From Minisyncoccota bacterium (GTDB lineage Bacteria > Patescibacteriota > Minisyncoccia > Minisyncoccales > Minisyncoccaceae): DNA of 64,000 nt. The DNA lies in contig JBBABL010000001.1 of assembly GCA_041657645.1 (NCBI GenBank), forward strand, positions 1,407 through 65,406, written 5' to 3'. Below are positions 55,369 through 64,000 of this stretch, in pieces. The notes beneath the pieces were generated by a model. That model worked only from the letters and a program-made list of their open reading frames with translations. It ran no database searches and had not been told where the DNA came from. The stretch's first letter is position 1, and every line of letters begins with the position of its first letter. The translations under genes and the position numbers were made by a program.

Positions 55369-56321
55369 TTCTTTAAATCCTTACCACTGTGAAATTGGCG
55401 ATGGACGTCTCTAAGATGCTTATTTGTAACATGAGTATATATTTGAGTAGTCGCTATATTTTTGTGTCCGAGGAATTCTTGAATGGTTCTTAAGTCAACT
55501 CCTTGTCCAAGTAAATCTGTAGCATAACTATGTCTTAATGTGTGTGGAGTTGTAAAGAAAGGAATATTAGCTAATGTGGCATACTTCTTTACAATTCTTT
55601 CTATCGAACGAGGCGTTAAACGGGCCTCTGGGGCTAGTTTAGACCTGTAATTGATAAACAGAGCCTTATCTTCATCACCACGCGTTTTAAGGTATTTTTT
55701 AATCCAATCTAATGCGCGTTCAGAGAAGTAAACTGTTCTAGTATATTTTCCTTTACCAATAATACTTAGCTCTAAATCTTTCTTATTTTCAAGACTTTTA
55801 AATTGCTCTCTATTTAAGGCTACGAGCTCGGCTATTCTTAATCCTGTGGAAAAGAATGATTCAAGTATCGCACGATCTCTTAAACCGCTCATATTTTCTG
55901 TGTTAGGTGCGAGTAATAGTTTTTCTATTTGGTCTAAATTTAAGAACTTTATAGTTTTTTCTTTTTGAGCATCTTTAGATAGTTTTATCTTATCAGCTGG
56001 CAAAGAGATGATGTCTTTATCAGTGAAAAAGCTTAAAAGTGATCGTAGGGCGATTAAATAGTAATTTTGAGTAAGCTTAGACAATGGCTTATTTTTATCA
56101 TCTTTATGACGAGCTAAGTATAATCTATAATTCCAAACTTCTTCAGGAGTTAATTGATGAGGAAGTAAGTCTTTTTTTTCTGTAACCAAAAGCCAGTCAG
56201 TAAATTTTTTTAAATATCTACTATAATTTTTTTGAGTATTATCTGATAGTCCTTTCTCAATTTCACAATAATCGAGAAAGTCAGGAATATGCTTGATTAT
56301 GGGCTTATTTGAATTATCCAT
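55365..56321 (-). CDS. Tyrosine site-specific recombinase (XerC/XerD-like)
   Basis: It has an N-terminal SAM-like domain, GLRIAEL (Arg I), HTLRHSYATDLL, and LGHKNIATTQIYTHV (catalytic Tyr). Confidence 0.85.
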   Translation of the reverse strand: MDNSNKPIIKHIPDFLDYCEIEKGLSDNTQKNYSRYLKKFTDWLLVTEKKDLLPHQLTPEEVWNYRLYLARHKDDKNKPLSKLTQNYYLIALRSLLSFFTDKDIISLPADKIKLSKDAQKEKTIKFLNLDQIEKLLLAPNTENMSGLRDRAILESFFSTGLRIAELVALNREQFKSLENKKDLELSIIGKGKYTRTVYFSERALDWIKKYLKTRGDEDKALFINYRSKLAPEARLTPRSIERIVKKYATLANIPFFTTPHTLRHSYATDLLGQGVDLRTIQEFLGHKNIATTQIYTHVTNKHLRDVHRQFHSGKDLKN

Positions 56322-56340
56322 ATATTAATTGTCGCTTAAC

Positions 56341-56613
56341 CTACATTGTCCGACATTTATGATTATATATCCTATCCTCTCTCTTGTCAATAAAAAAAGA
56401 GGAACAACATATGTTGTCCCAATCAATTTCTTTGCTGTAGTTTATTACAGCATTTGAGTAAATGTTCATTATGGCTTTTCTTTCTCTCGCATCAAGCTTT
56501 TGATTGATTTGAGTGATTTTAGAAATTGCTTCTTGAATCTTTCCTTTTTCGGCAAGTCCTTTAATCTCCGAAAAAAATATTAGGTTTTCCATTTCTCTCT
56601 TTCCCATAATCAT
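56341..56613 (-). CDS. Hypothetical protein
   Basis: This 90-aa ORF lies between uppS and the recombinase on the same strand. It has no motif. Confidence 0.4.
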   Translation of the reverse strand: MIMGKREMENLIFFSEIKGLAEKGKIQEAISKITQINQKLDARERKAIMNIYSNAVINYSKEIDWDNICCSSFFIDKREDRIYNHKCRTM

Positions 56614-56649
56614 TCTCCAAAAATATTATAATAACATATTTAATTATTG

Positions 56650-57336
56650 TCAAGCCCCTTTTCTTCTTTCTCTTTCTGAGTAGTCATTGATAGCTTTTTC
56701 AAATTCTTTTCCATTGAAGTCTGGGAAAAGTTCGTTTGTAAAATATAGTTGAGAATATGATGTTTTCCACATCATAAATCCAGTTGAATTATGGGGATCA
56801 TCTTTACATCCAGTTCTAATAACAAAATCTACTTCGGGCAAGTTTTTTGTCCAAAGGTTATTTTTAATATTTTCTTCTGTAACTTCCCCTTCAATATTTT
56901 TAATACAGTCGATCATCTCGTCAGTTCCATTGTATGCCATTAAAAAGGTAACTAAAAAGTTATCATAATCTTTTGTGCATTCAATTGCATTTTCCATAGC
57001 TTTTTTAGTTGATTCAGGAAAATATTCCCTCCACTTCCCTATTATCTGTATTTTAACCTTATTCTTATGTATATCTTGGTTATTAACTACCCTATTAAAC
57101 TGGTTCTCAAAGACCATAAAAAGGTTTCTAACCTCCTCTTCTGTTCTTTTAGTAATGTTGTCTAGAGAACTTCCCCAAAAGGTAAAATAAGGTATTTTAA
57201 GGCTTAGAACGGTATTTAATATATCTTCTAGTGTTTCTGCTCCTTTTTGATGCCCTATCAGGGTAAGAAATCCTTTTTTCTGTGCCCAACGCCTATTTCC
57301 GTCAGGAATTAATGCAACATGGTTCGGAATGTTCAT
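56650..57336 (-). CDS. uppS: Isoprenyl transferase / undecaprenyl diphosphate synthase
   Basis: It has HVALIPDGNRRWA, and IRTG..., RRKG. Confidence 0.9.
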   Translation of the reverse strand: MNIPNHVALIPDGNRRWAQKKGFLTLIGHQKGAETLEDILNTVLSLKIPYFTFWGSSLDNITKRTEEEVRNLFMVFENQFNRVVNNQDIHKNKVKIQIIGKWREYFPESTKKAMENAIECTKDYDNFLVTFLMAYNGTDEMIDCIKNIEGEVTEENIKNNLWTKNLPEVDFVIRTGCKDDPHNSTGFMMWKTSYSQLYFTNELFPDFNGKEFEKAINDYSERERRKGA

Positions 57337-57555
57337 ATGTTATTCTTATTGGTTCTTTTTCTTGACTTTTAATGTATATACAACCCAAAGAAAAGAAAAA
57401 AGAACATATTAAAACTAATAGAATGATATTAATAATGTCATCCTTTTTTTCTTTGACAAAATTGATTATTTTTGATAGCATCTACTTATTAATAATAAGC
57501 ATTAATTTAGTCTGATGTATATATATTAGATTAAAATTAATAAAGAGTCAAAAAA

Positions 57556-57828
57556 ATGTCAACAACCAAATCCGCCGGTACAAGTCGTTTGGGAAGAGAT
57601 TCAAACCCTAAGTATCTAGGCGTTAAATTATTCGAAGGACAAAAAACTAAAATAGGTTCTATTATTATCCGTCAAAGAGGGACCAAGTTTCTTGCAGGTA
57701 AAAATGTAAGAATGGGAAAAGATAATACTCTTTATTCAATTAAAGAAGGTAAAGTTTATTTTACTACTAAAAGAAAAACACTTTTTGATGGCTCTCAAAG
57801 GATAGCTAAAACAGTAAACGTAGAATAA
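57556..57828 (+). CDS. rpmA: 50S ribosomal protein L27
   Basis: It has KSAGTSRLGRDSNPKYLGVK, GSIIIRQRGTKFLAGKNV. Confidence 0.95.
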   Translation: MSTTKSAGTSRLGRDSNPKYLGVKLFEGQKTKIGSIIIRQRGTKFLAGKNVRMGKDNTLYSIKEGKVYFTTKRKTLFDGSQRIAKTVNVE

Positions 57829-57830
57829 AG

Positions 57831-57858
57831 AAAAACGAGGATTACTCCTCGTTTTTTT
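57831..57858. terminator. Bidirectional intrinsic terminator between rpmA and pyrG
   Basis: The order is AAAAA, stem CGAGGA/TCCTCG with loop TTAC, then TTTTTTT. The T-run overlaps the pyrG stop. Confidence 0.75.
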
Positions 57859-59476
57859 ATTTCCCTGCTACCCTGATAAATTCTTTAAATAAAGGATGTG
57901 GATTTAGTGGACGAGATTTTAACTCGGGATGGAATTGAACAGCAACAAAGAAAGGATGATTTTTTAGTTCAATTATTTCTACAAGATTCTTTTTCGGGTT
58001 AATTCCTCCGATAATTAGACCTTTTGAAGTTAATAAATCTAAATATTTATTATTAAATTCATATCTATGTCTATGTCTTTCTGAAATTGATTCTTTCTTA
58101 TAAGCCTTACTACTAATAGTTCCTTTATTAATCTTACAATCCCATGCTCCTAATCTCATTGTTGCTCCATATTTATGATTTTTCATCACTTCCTTCTGTT
58201 CTTCCATTAAATCAATTAAAGGACTTTTAGCTTTAGGATCAAATTCGGTTGAAGTAGCATCTTCAATTTTACAAACATTTCTAGCAAACTCAATAACTGC
58301 TAATTGCATTCCTAAGCATAGTCCTAAAAAAGGTATTTTATTCTTTCGGCAATATTCTATTGCTTTAATTTTTCCTTCGGTTCCTCGAGATCCAAAACCT
58401 CCAGGAATAATTATTCCATCGTATTCTTTTAGTCTAGTTACAGTGTTTTTATCGTTTTCTAGTCTTTCAGCAGATATCCATTCAATAATAGGATTCTTAT
58501 TGTTTGTCCATGCACTATGTTTTATTGCTTCAATTACGGATATGTAAGAATCTGTTAAAGAAAATCCTCCACTTTCAAAATATTTTCCAACGATACCAAT
58601 TTTAACGTCTTTCTTATTATTATTGTCGATTCTTTTAATAAGTTTTTTCCATTCTTCTCCTTTATTTTTTTTAGTTCTTAGTTTTAACTTCTTTAATATT
58701 CTTTCTCCTAAACCTTCTTTTTCAAAATTAAGAGGTATCTTATATATTGAGTCAGTGTCAGGAGCAGAAATAACGTCTTTTATATCAACACTGCAGAATG
58801 TCGATATTTTTCTTTTTCTGGGTTCGTCTAAAGGAACGCTTGCCCTACCAAGTATGAAGTCTGCTTGAATACCAGACTCATTCAATAATCTTGAGGATGT
58901 CTGGGTTGGTTTTGTTTTCATCTCTCCTATTGTCTTTATAGTTGGAAGATAAGTTACTAAAGCGAATAAAACCTTTTTAGGATATTTAAGTCTCATCATT
59001 CTAGCAGCTTCTAAGAACAGAAGATTTTGATATTCTCCTACGGTTCCACCTATTTCAATAACAACAAAATCTAGTTTATCTTTTTTAGCCACCCTTTCAA
59101 TTCTGCGAATTACTTCATTTGGAATATCTGGAACAACTTCAACACATCTACCATTATACTCAAGGTTTCTTTCTTTCTGAATTACTGATTGATAAACTCC
59201 TCCTGTAGTAATAGAATTTTCGGTAGATAAATTTATATCTAAGAATCTTTCATAATTTCCTAAATCTTGGTCACATTCAGTTCCATCATCGGTAACGAAT
59301 GTTTCCCCGTGCTCAATTGGGTTCATTGTTCCGGCATCAACATTAATATATGGATCAATTTTTACAGCTGAAACACTAAAACCTTTATCTTGAAGGATTC
59401 TTGCAATTGAAGCGGTAGCAGCTCCTTTTCCTACGCTGGACATTACCCCTCCTGCAACAAAAATATAGTTTGCCAT
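57857..59476 (-). CDS. pyrG: CTP synthase
   Basis: It has GGVMSSVGKG, the glutaminase GLCLGMQ, and QFHPE. Confidence 0.97.
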   Translation of the reverse strand: MANYIFVAGGVMSSVGKGAATASIARILQDKGFSVSAVKIDPYINVDAGTMNPIEHGETFVTDDGTECDQDLGNYERFLDINLSTENSITTGGVYQSVIQKERNLEYNGRCVEVVPDIPNEVIRRIERVAKKDKLDFVVIEIGGTVGEYQNLLFLEAARMMRLKYPKKVLFALVTYLPTIKTIGEMKTKPTQTSSRLLNESGIQADFILGRASVPLDEPRKRKISTFCSVDIKDVISAPDTDSIYKIPLNFEKEGLGERILKKLKLRTKKNKGEEWKKLIKRIDNNNKKDVKIGIVGKYFESGGFSLTDSYISVIEAIKHSAWTNNKNPIIEWISAERLENDKNTVTRLKEYDGIIIPGGFGSRGTEGKIKAIEYCRKNKIPFLGLCLGMQLAVIEFARNVCKIEDATSTEFDPKAKSPLIDLMEEQKEVMKNHKYGATMRLGAWDCKINKGTISSKAYKKESISERHRHRYEFNNKYLDLLTSKGLIIGGINPKKNLVEIIELKNHPFFVAVQFHPELKSRPLNPHPLFKEFIRVAGK

Positions 59477-59483
59477 ATATTTA

Positions 59484-59915
59484 TTAAATTATTATTTTAA
59501 TCTCCCCTTCTAAATCTCCTAATTTTACTTTAACTAAAAATTCTCCTGTATGTTTTATAGGGTTATCAATCTTAATCTGACTTTTTTCAATATTGTAGCC
59601 TAACTCTTTTAATCTATCAGATATTTTTTGCTCACTTATTGACTCAAAAAGCTGTCCTTCGTCCCCTATCTTTGTTTCAATTTTTATCTCCTTAGAGTTT
59701 ATTTCCTTAATAATTCTTTCATTTTCTATTTTGTTTTCTTCAATTTGTTTTTCTTCTATCTTCTTTTTGTCTTCTAGTCTTTTTAATGATTCATTGTCTG
59801 CAGCAGTAGCTAATTTGTTAGGTAAAAGAAAGTTTCTAGCGTAACCAGAAGAAACTTCCTTAATATCAAATTTTCTACCAACTCCTTTTATATCTTTTAA
59901 TAATATTATTTTCAT
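59484..59915 (-). CDS. rplI: 50S ribosomal protein L9
   Basis: It begins MKIILLKDIKGVGRKFDIKEVSSGYARNFLLPNKLA. Confidence 0.9.
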   Translation of the reverse strand: MKIILLKDIKGVGRKFDIKEVSSGYARNFLLPNKLATAADNESLKRLEDKKKIEEKQIEENKIENERIIKEINSKEIKIETKIGDEGQLFESISEQKISDRLKELGYNIEKSQIKIDNPIKHTGEFLVKVKLGDLEGEIKIII

Positions 59916-59917
59916 AT

Positions 59918-61093
59918 TTAAATTAATTTATTAATTTCTTCTAAAGCTTTTTCTAATTGAGAGTCATTCTCATTATATTCAATTTCAATATCTGGCGTTA
60001 TTCCCTCTCCATCAATAACATTTCTATTTGGCGTCAACCATTCTGCAATAGTTAATTTCAAAGTTAATTTATTAGACAAGCTAATTACTTTTTGAACCGT
60101 TCCTTTTCCAAATGATTTTTCTCCAACGGTTAGAATATTCCTATTATCTTTAATTGCTCCAGCAAGTATTTCAGCGGCAGAAGCACTTCCTTCATCAATT
60201 AATATAACTAGTGGGTAATGGCTAAGATTAGACGGCCCATTTGATTTAGTCTCAACTTCGTTTCCATCCTTATCTCTTTCAACTATTACAATTTGTCCTT
60301 TATTTAAAAACCATCCAGCTATATCAACTGCTTGACTAACTAATCCTCCAGGATTACCCCTTAAATCTAAAATTATTCCTTTTGCTTCCGAGTTTAGTAT
60401 CTCAGAAGCAACTTTTTTAAAGTCTTGATAGGTTGTATTAGAAAAATGATATATTCCTAAGTGAGCAATATTGTCGGATCCTATTAAATCCCAGTCTACA
60501 GTTGGAACATTAATAACTGCTCTTGTAATGTCTACATCAAAAGAACTACCATCTCTTTCTATGGTTAAAGTAACTTCAGTTCCCTTCTCACCTCTAATTT
60601 TATTTACCGCCTCATTAATAGATAAGTTGCTAGTTGATTCTCCGTTTATTGCAAGTATTATATCCTTTGGTTTTAATTCTGCTTTTTCTGCGGGGGTTCC
60701 TTTAATGGGAGAAATAGCTGTTAGTTTTTTATCTCTTATCGCTATTTGCAATCCTATTCCTTCAAAACTGCCAGTTATAGTTTCCTGAAGATCTTCTGTT
60801 CCCTTAGGATCAAAAAATTCAGTATATGGATCGTCTAGAGCATCAACCATTCCAGAAATAGCTCCATAAGTCATCTTTTCTAAATCAATTTTGTCTTGAT
60901 TAACATAGTTAACGAATATCTGGTCTAGTGTCTTTTTAATAAGAGAAAAATCTATATTTTCATTAGAATATGCTCTTTCGTAATAATCTTGGAGTAAATA
61001 TTGGTGGAAATAAAAACCACCGATAAAAGAAATTAAAACAAAAAACAATCCGATTATCTTTGAGTCAATTTTCATATGATTAAAGAATAGCAT
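59918..61093 (-). CDS. S41-family C-terminal processing peptidase with a PDZ domain
   Basis: It has an N-terminal anchor, a PDZ region (GIGLQI...PAEKAELKPKDIILAING), LRGNPGGLV, and GSASAAEILAGA. Confidence 0.9.
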   Translation of the reverse strand: MLFFNHMKIDSKIIGLFFVLISFIGGFYFHQYLLQDYYERAYSNENIDFSLIKKTLDQIFVNYVNQDKIDLEKMTYGAISGMVDALDDPYTEFFDPKGTEDLQETITGSFEGIGLQIAIRDKKLTAISPIKGTPAEKAELKPKDIILAINGESTSNLSINEAVNKIRGEKGTEVTLTIERDGSSFDVDITRAVINVPTVDWDLIGSDNIAHLGIYHFSNTTYQDFKKVASEILNSEAKGIILDLRGNPGGLVSQAVDIAGWFLNKGQIVIVERDKDGNEVETKSNGPSNLSHYPLVILIDEGSASAAEILAGAIKDNRNILTVGEKSFGKGTVQKVISLSNKLTLKLTIAEWLTPNRNVIDGEGITPDIEIEYNENDSQLEKALEEINKLI

Positions 61094-61112
61094 GTTTTTG
61101 TTTTTAAGACAA

Positions 61113-62324
61113 TTAATTAGCTATGAGATAGTTCCATCTACAATCAGCGATTGTAATCTTGCTATATTCCCCTATTTTTCCTTTATTTAGTATAACCGCT
61201 CTTCCAGAATCAGTTCTTGCTAAATAATTGTCTTTTCTTTTTTCAACAACCAAAACATTAAATTGTTTGCCAATGTATTTACTATTTTTCTCTAAATTCA
61301 TTTCTTGGAATAGTTTAGACAACTTTCTTGATCTTTCTTTTTTAATTCTATCGGGTAAGTCTTTAAGATTAAAGTCTTCAGTTCCTTTTCTTCTTGAAAA
61401 CTTAAAAATATGAATAACTTCTGGCTTTATTTCTTCAATTAATTTGAATGTCTTATTAAACGATTCTTCTGTTTCTAACGGGTGGCCGACAATGATATCG
61501 GTTGCAATTATGCTCTCCTTAAAAAGTTTTCTAAATTTATTAACTATACTTACAAAGTCAGCAGATGAATATCCCCTGCGCATCTTTTTTAATAATTCAT
61601 TATCACCTGATTGAATTGGTAGGTGTATAAATTTATAAATTTTATCTGATTTATATACACCAAGTAGTCTATTGTTAACATACTTAGGATTCATCATTCC
61701 TAACTTTATCTTAAAATCACCTTTAATATTCACGATCTTTTCTAGTAAATTAGACAAACAATCACCATTGTCCATTCCATAGACCGATAAATCTTGAGAG
61801 GTTAATTGAACTTCTTTTATTCCACTATCAACTAATTGTTCAATTTCTTTAATTATATTTTCACTGGCAAAAGAAAATAATTCTTTTCGGGCTAATTTTG
61901 TAGCACAATATGAACAATTTCCTAAGCATCCTTCAGCGATAGGAACTATCCCTGTTTTTTTTGAAACAATAGAAGCTTTATCAAGTTTTGTTTTTTTAGT
62001 ATTGATAATATCTTCTTCAACTGCTAAATCAATTGATAATATGTTTGTTGGTCCAATAATTGCATCGGCAACCTTTTTACATTCTTCTGGTGATATCAAA
62101 GGAAGACAACCAGATATAATAATTCTTTTTCCTTTGCTTTTTAATTCTTTCGCTTCTTTTATTATTTTCCTTTCGGTTTTTTCTACCACTCCGCAGGTAT
62201 TAATAACGACAAAATCAGCATCTTTTAATGATGTTTCCTTGTGTTTCTTCAATAAGATTTCTCTCATAATTTCTGAGTCAGATTGATTCAACTTGCATCC
62301 GTAGGTTTTAATGTAAAAATTCAT
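61113..62324 (-). CDS. MiaB/MtaB-like radical-SAM tRNA methylthiotransferase
   Basis: It has the N-terminal KTYGCKLNQSDSE, the radical-SAM CLGNCSYC, and a C-terminal TRAM-like domain. Confidence 0.85.
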   Translation of the reverse strand: MNFYIKTYGCKLNQSDSEIMREILLKKHKETSLKDADFVVINTCGVVEKTERKIIKEAKELKSKGKRIIISGCLPLISPEECKKVADAIIGPTNILSIDLAVEEDIINTKKTKLDKASIVSKKTGIVPIAEGCLGNCSYCATKLARKELFSFASENIIKEIEQLVDSGIKEVQLTSQDLSVYGMDNGDCLSNLLEKIVNIKGDFKIKLGMMNPKYVNNRLLGVYKSDKIYKFIHLPIQSGDNELLKKMRRGYSSADFVSIVNKFRKLFKESIIATDIIVGHPLETEESFNKTFKLIEEIKPEVIHIFKFSRRKGTEDFNLKDLPDRIKKERSRKLSKLFQEMNLEKNSKYIGKQFNVLVVEKRKDNYLARTDSGRAVILNKGKIGEYSKITIADCRWNYLIAN

Positions 62325-62400
62325 CTAATTAATAGTATTTTATTTCCCATCTTTTTTCAACTGATGTAACAAAAACGATTTTAGTGTATTATATATAGTG

Positions 62401-62982
62401 ATGGAGGAAAGTGAAATAAAAGAATTGGTCTTGAGAATACAAAATAAAGACAAAGATGCTTTTCAAAAGTTATTTGATTTTTATTATAATAAGATTATTA
62501 AGTATGTATTCAGAAGAACTCTTGATGTTGAATATAGTAAAGATATAACTTCCAATGTTTTTCTGAAAGTATTGGATAATATAGATAACTTTAGATGGAA
62601 AAGTTTTAATGCTTGGATATTTAAAATTGCTACCAATGAAACTAATCAATATTTTAGAAAACAAAATAGGTATAAATTAATTATTGATGACTCAGACATT
62701 TATTTTAATTTAAGCGATAATAATAAGGCTTCTATAGAAATAGAAAAAAAGATAGATGATGATAAGTATTTATTAATTTTACACAAGGCAATAAAACAAT
62801 TAAAACCGATATACCAAGACATTCTTCATTTAAGATATTTTGAAGAATTACCATATAACGAGATATCAGCCATTATGAAAAAGAATGAATCAACAATAAG
62901 AGTTTATTCTAAAAGAGCGATTGAAGAATTGGAAAAGATTTTAAAAGAAGATGCCAATAATTTTATTAATTATGAAGCTTGA
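62401..62982 (+). CDS. ECF-type sigma-70 family RNA polymerase sigma factor
   Basis: Region 2 reads FQKLFDFYYNKIIKYVFRR...AWIFKIATNE. The region 4 HTH is LRYFEELPYNEISAIMKKNESTIRVYSKRAIEEL. The track start at 62398 is a GTG, and an ATG follows at 62401. Confidence 0.85.
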   Translation: MEESEIKELVLRIQNKDKDAFQKLFDFYYNKIIKYVFRRTLDVEYSKDITSNVFLKVLDNIDNFRWKSFNAWIFKIATNETNQYFRKQNRYKLIIDDSDIYFNLSDNNKASIEIEKKIDDDKYLLILHKAIKQLKPIYQDILHLRYFEELPYNEISAIMKKNESTIRVYSKRAIEELEKILKEDANNFINYEA

Positions 62983-63349
62983 AGAATTATTCCAAAAAAT
63001 TAATAAAGAGAATATGTCTTTTGGAAGACATAAAGAAGAATTAAGAGCTTTATTATTAAGTAGGGATTATTTTCGAAAAGAAAAAGAGCAATGGGATTGG
63101 AAATTATCAATGTCGTCTCTTGCATTTTCTGCTTTTCTTTTAATCTTTACGTCAGTATTCCCTGTTTATTCAGATAATAGTATGTTAAGTAGTTTAGAAA
63201 AAAATATAAATGTTAATAGCCTTGGTTCGGATGAATGGGCTGGTCAAGGTGTTAAAGTATACGAAATGGTCGAACAAGAAACAAAAACATTATTTTATTT
63301 TGATTCAAGAAATGATGTTCTTGTCCATTCAGAAGTATATAATAAATAA
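62972..63349 (+). CDS. Putative membrane-anchored anti-sigma factor
   Basis: It overlaps the sigma gene's stop. It has a single TM helix (LSMSSLAFSAFLLIFTSVFPVY) about 50 aa from the N-terminus. The start could be 62951 or 62972. Confidence 0.5.
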   Translation: MKLEELFQKINKENMSFGRHKEELRALLLSRDYFRKEKEQWDWKLSMSSLAFSAFLLIFTSVFPVYSDNSMLSSLEKNINVNSLGSDEWAGQGVKVYEMVEQETKTLFYFDSRNDVLVHSEVYNK

Positions 63350-63368
63350 TAATAAATAAAAAAAATAT

Positions 63369-64000
63369 ATGGAAATGTTTAAAAACAAATTTTTTCAATT
63401 TCTTTCTTTAGTTCTAATGATCGTAGTAATTGTATTTTTGATTGCTTCAATCAGTGAAAAGACACAATTCCAAGAGGATAATCTTGTTTCTGTTTCAGGA
63501 ACAGGTGAAGTATATGTTACTCCAGATATCGGCTCAGTTAGCTTTTCAGTCGTAACTGAAAATAGAGATGTTTCAGTGGCATCAGATGAGAATGCAACAA
63601 AAATGAATGATGTTATAGAATATATCAAAAGCGAAAGCGTTGAAAGTAAAGATAATAAAACATCAGGAAACAATATCTCTCCTAGATATGAATGGAATAA
63701 CGATACAGGTAAAAGATCTTTAGTTGGTTACGAAGTTACTCAAACAATTAGTGTTAAGATCAGAGATTTATCAAAAGTTGGTACAATTATATCTAATGCA
63801 ACCTCTAAAGGTGCTAATGATGTAAGTAGCCTTTCTTTTGTTATTGATGATGATGAAGAAGCTAAAGCTCAGGCAAAAGAATTAGCTATTGAAAACGCTA
63901 AAAAGAAAGCAGAAGACTTAGAAAAAATGCTTGGCATTAAAATGGTGAGAATTGTAAGCTATTCCGAATATTCAAGTGATATGTTAAGGGCTACAAGTTA
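63369..64000 (+). CDS. SIMPL/DUF541-family envelope protein, 3'-partial (runs off the window end)
   Basis: The open frame from the ATG at 63369 to the window end is missing from the track because it has no stop. It has a TM helix, VSGTGEVYVTPDIGSVSFS, and DEEAKAQAKELAIENAKKKAEDLEKMLG. It is a paralogue of 16442-17245. The listed minus-strand ORF at 63395-63673 is its shadow. Confidence 0.75.
   Translation, partial: MEMFKNKFFQFLSLVLMIVVIVFLIASISEKTQFQEDNLVSVSGTGEVYVTPDIGSVSFSVVTENRDVSVASDENATKMNDVIEYIKSESVESKDNKTSGNNISPRYEWNNDTGKRSLVGYEVTQTISVKIRDLSKVGTIISNATSKGANDVSSLSFVIDDDEEAKAQAKELAIENAKKKAEDLEKMLGIKMVRIVSYSEYSSDMLRATS

Noticed and set aside
55365-56321. The tyrosine recombinase as a marker of an integrated mobile element or prophage.
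   Set aside because: I found no flanking direct repeats, no tRNA at the junction and no phage or plasmid cargo. It sits in a same-strand unit with uppS, and the surrounding genes are housekeeping. It is more likely the chromosomal Xer-type dimer-resolution recombinase.
63395-63673. A minus-strand 92-aa ORF listed in the track.
   Set aside because: The plus strand carries an uninterrupted frame from the ATG at 63369 to the window end, with clear SIMPL/DUF541 similarity to 16442-17245. The minus ORF is its shadow.

Overview
The window is a visibly AT-rich, tightly packed bacterial chromosome segment. Genes often overlap by 1-4 nt or are separated by a few nt, and the standard code applies because TGA is used as a stop. 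I infer a small-genome Candidate Phyla Radiation / Patescibacteria-type organism. The reasons are that L30 is absent between S5 and L15, Shine-Dalgarno motifs are almost absent, the Fe-S machinery is minimal, and salvage and cell-envelope genes are numerous.

Most of the window is housekeeping. This includes the str operon plus the S10-spc ribosomal super-operon (rpsL to map, about 38.0-54.0 kb), secA, typA, ychF, murB, hpf, pyrG, gpsA, ppa, tpiA, uppS and uppP. It also includes an mnmA-nifS-nifU sulfur cluster, a 5'-truncated [FeFe]-hydrogenase, one tRNA-Pro(GGG), and several clear sigma70-type promoters and intrinsic terminators.

The items most worth a second look are:
- A 373-aa intein splits helicase motif III of a 1358-aa UvrD-type helicase / Fe-S PD-(D/E)xK nuclease. 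Its central domain reads as GIY-YIG-like rather than LAGLIDADG or HNH.
- An orphan VirD4/TraD-like coupling ATPase has a private N-terminal domain and sits in an apparent operon with an acidic repeat membrane protein and two small acidic proteins.
- A free-standing, roughly 150-nt structured RNA has its own extended -10 promoter and terminator. I cannot assign it to any known class.
- An ATP-cone domain fused to an Mrr-type nuclease lies next to a MazG-like NTP pyrophosphohydrolase.

All family assignments come from reading motifs in the supplied translations. No database search was run.
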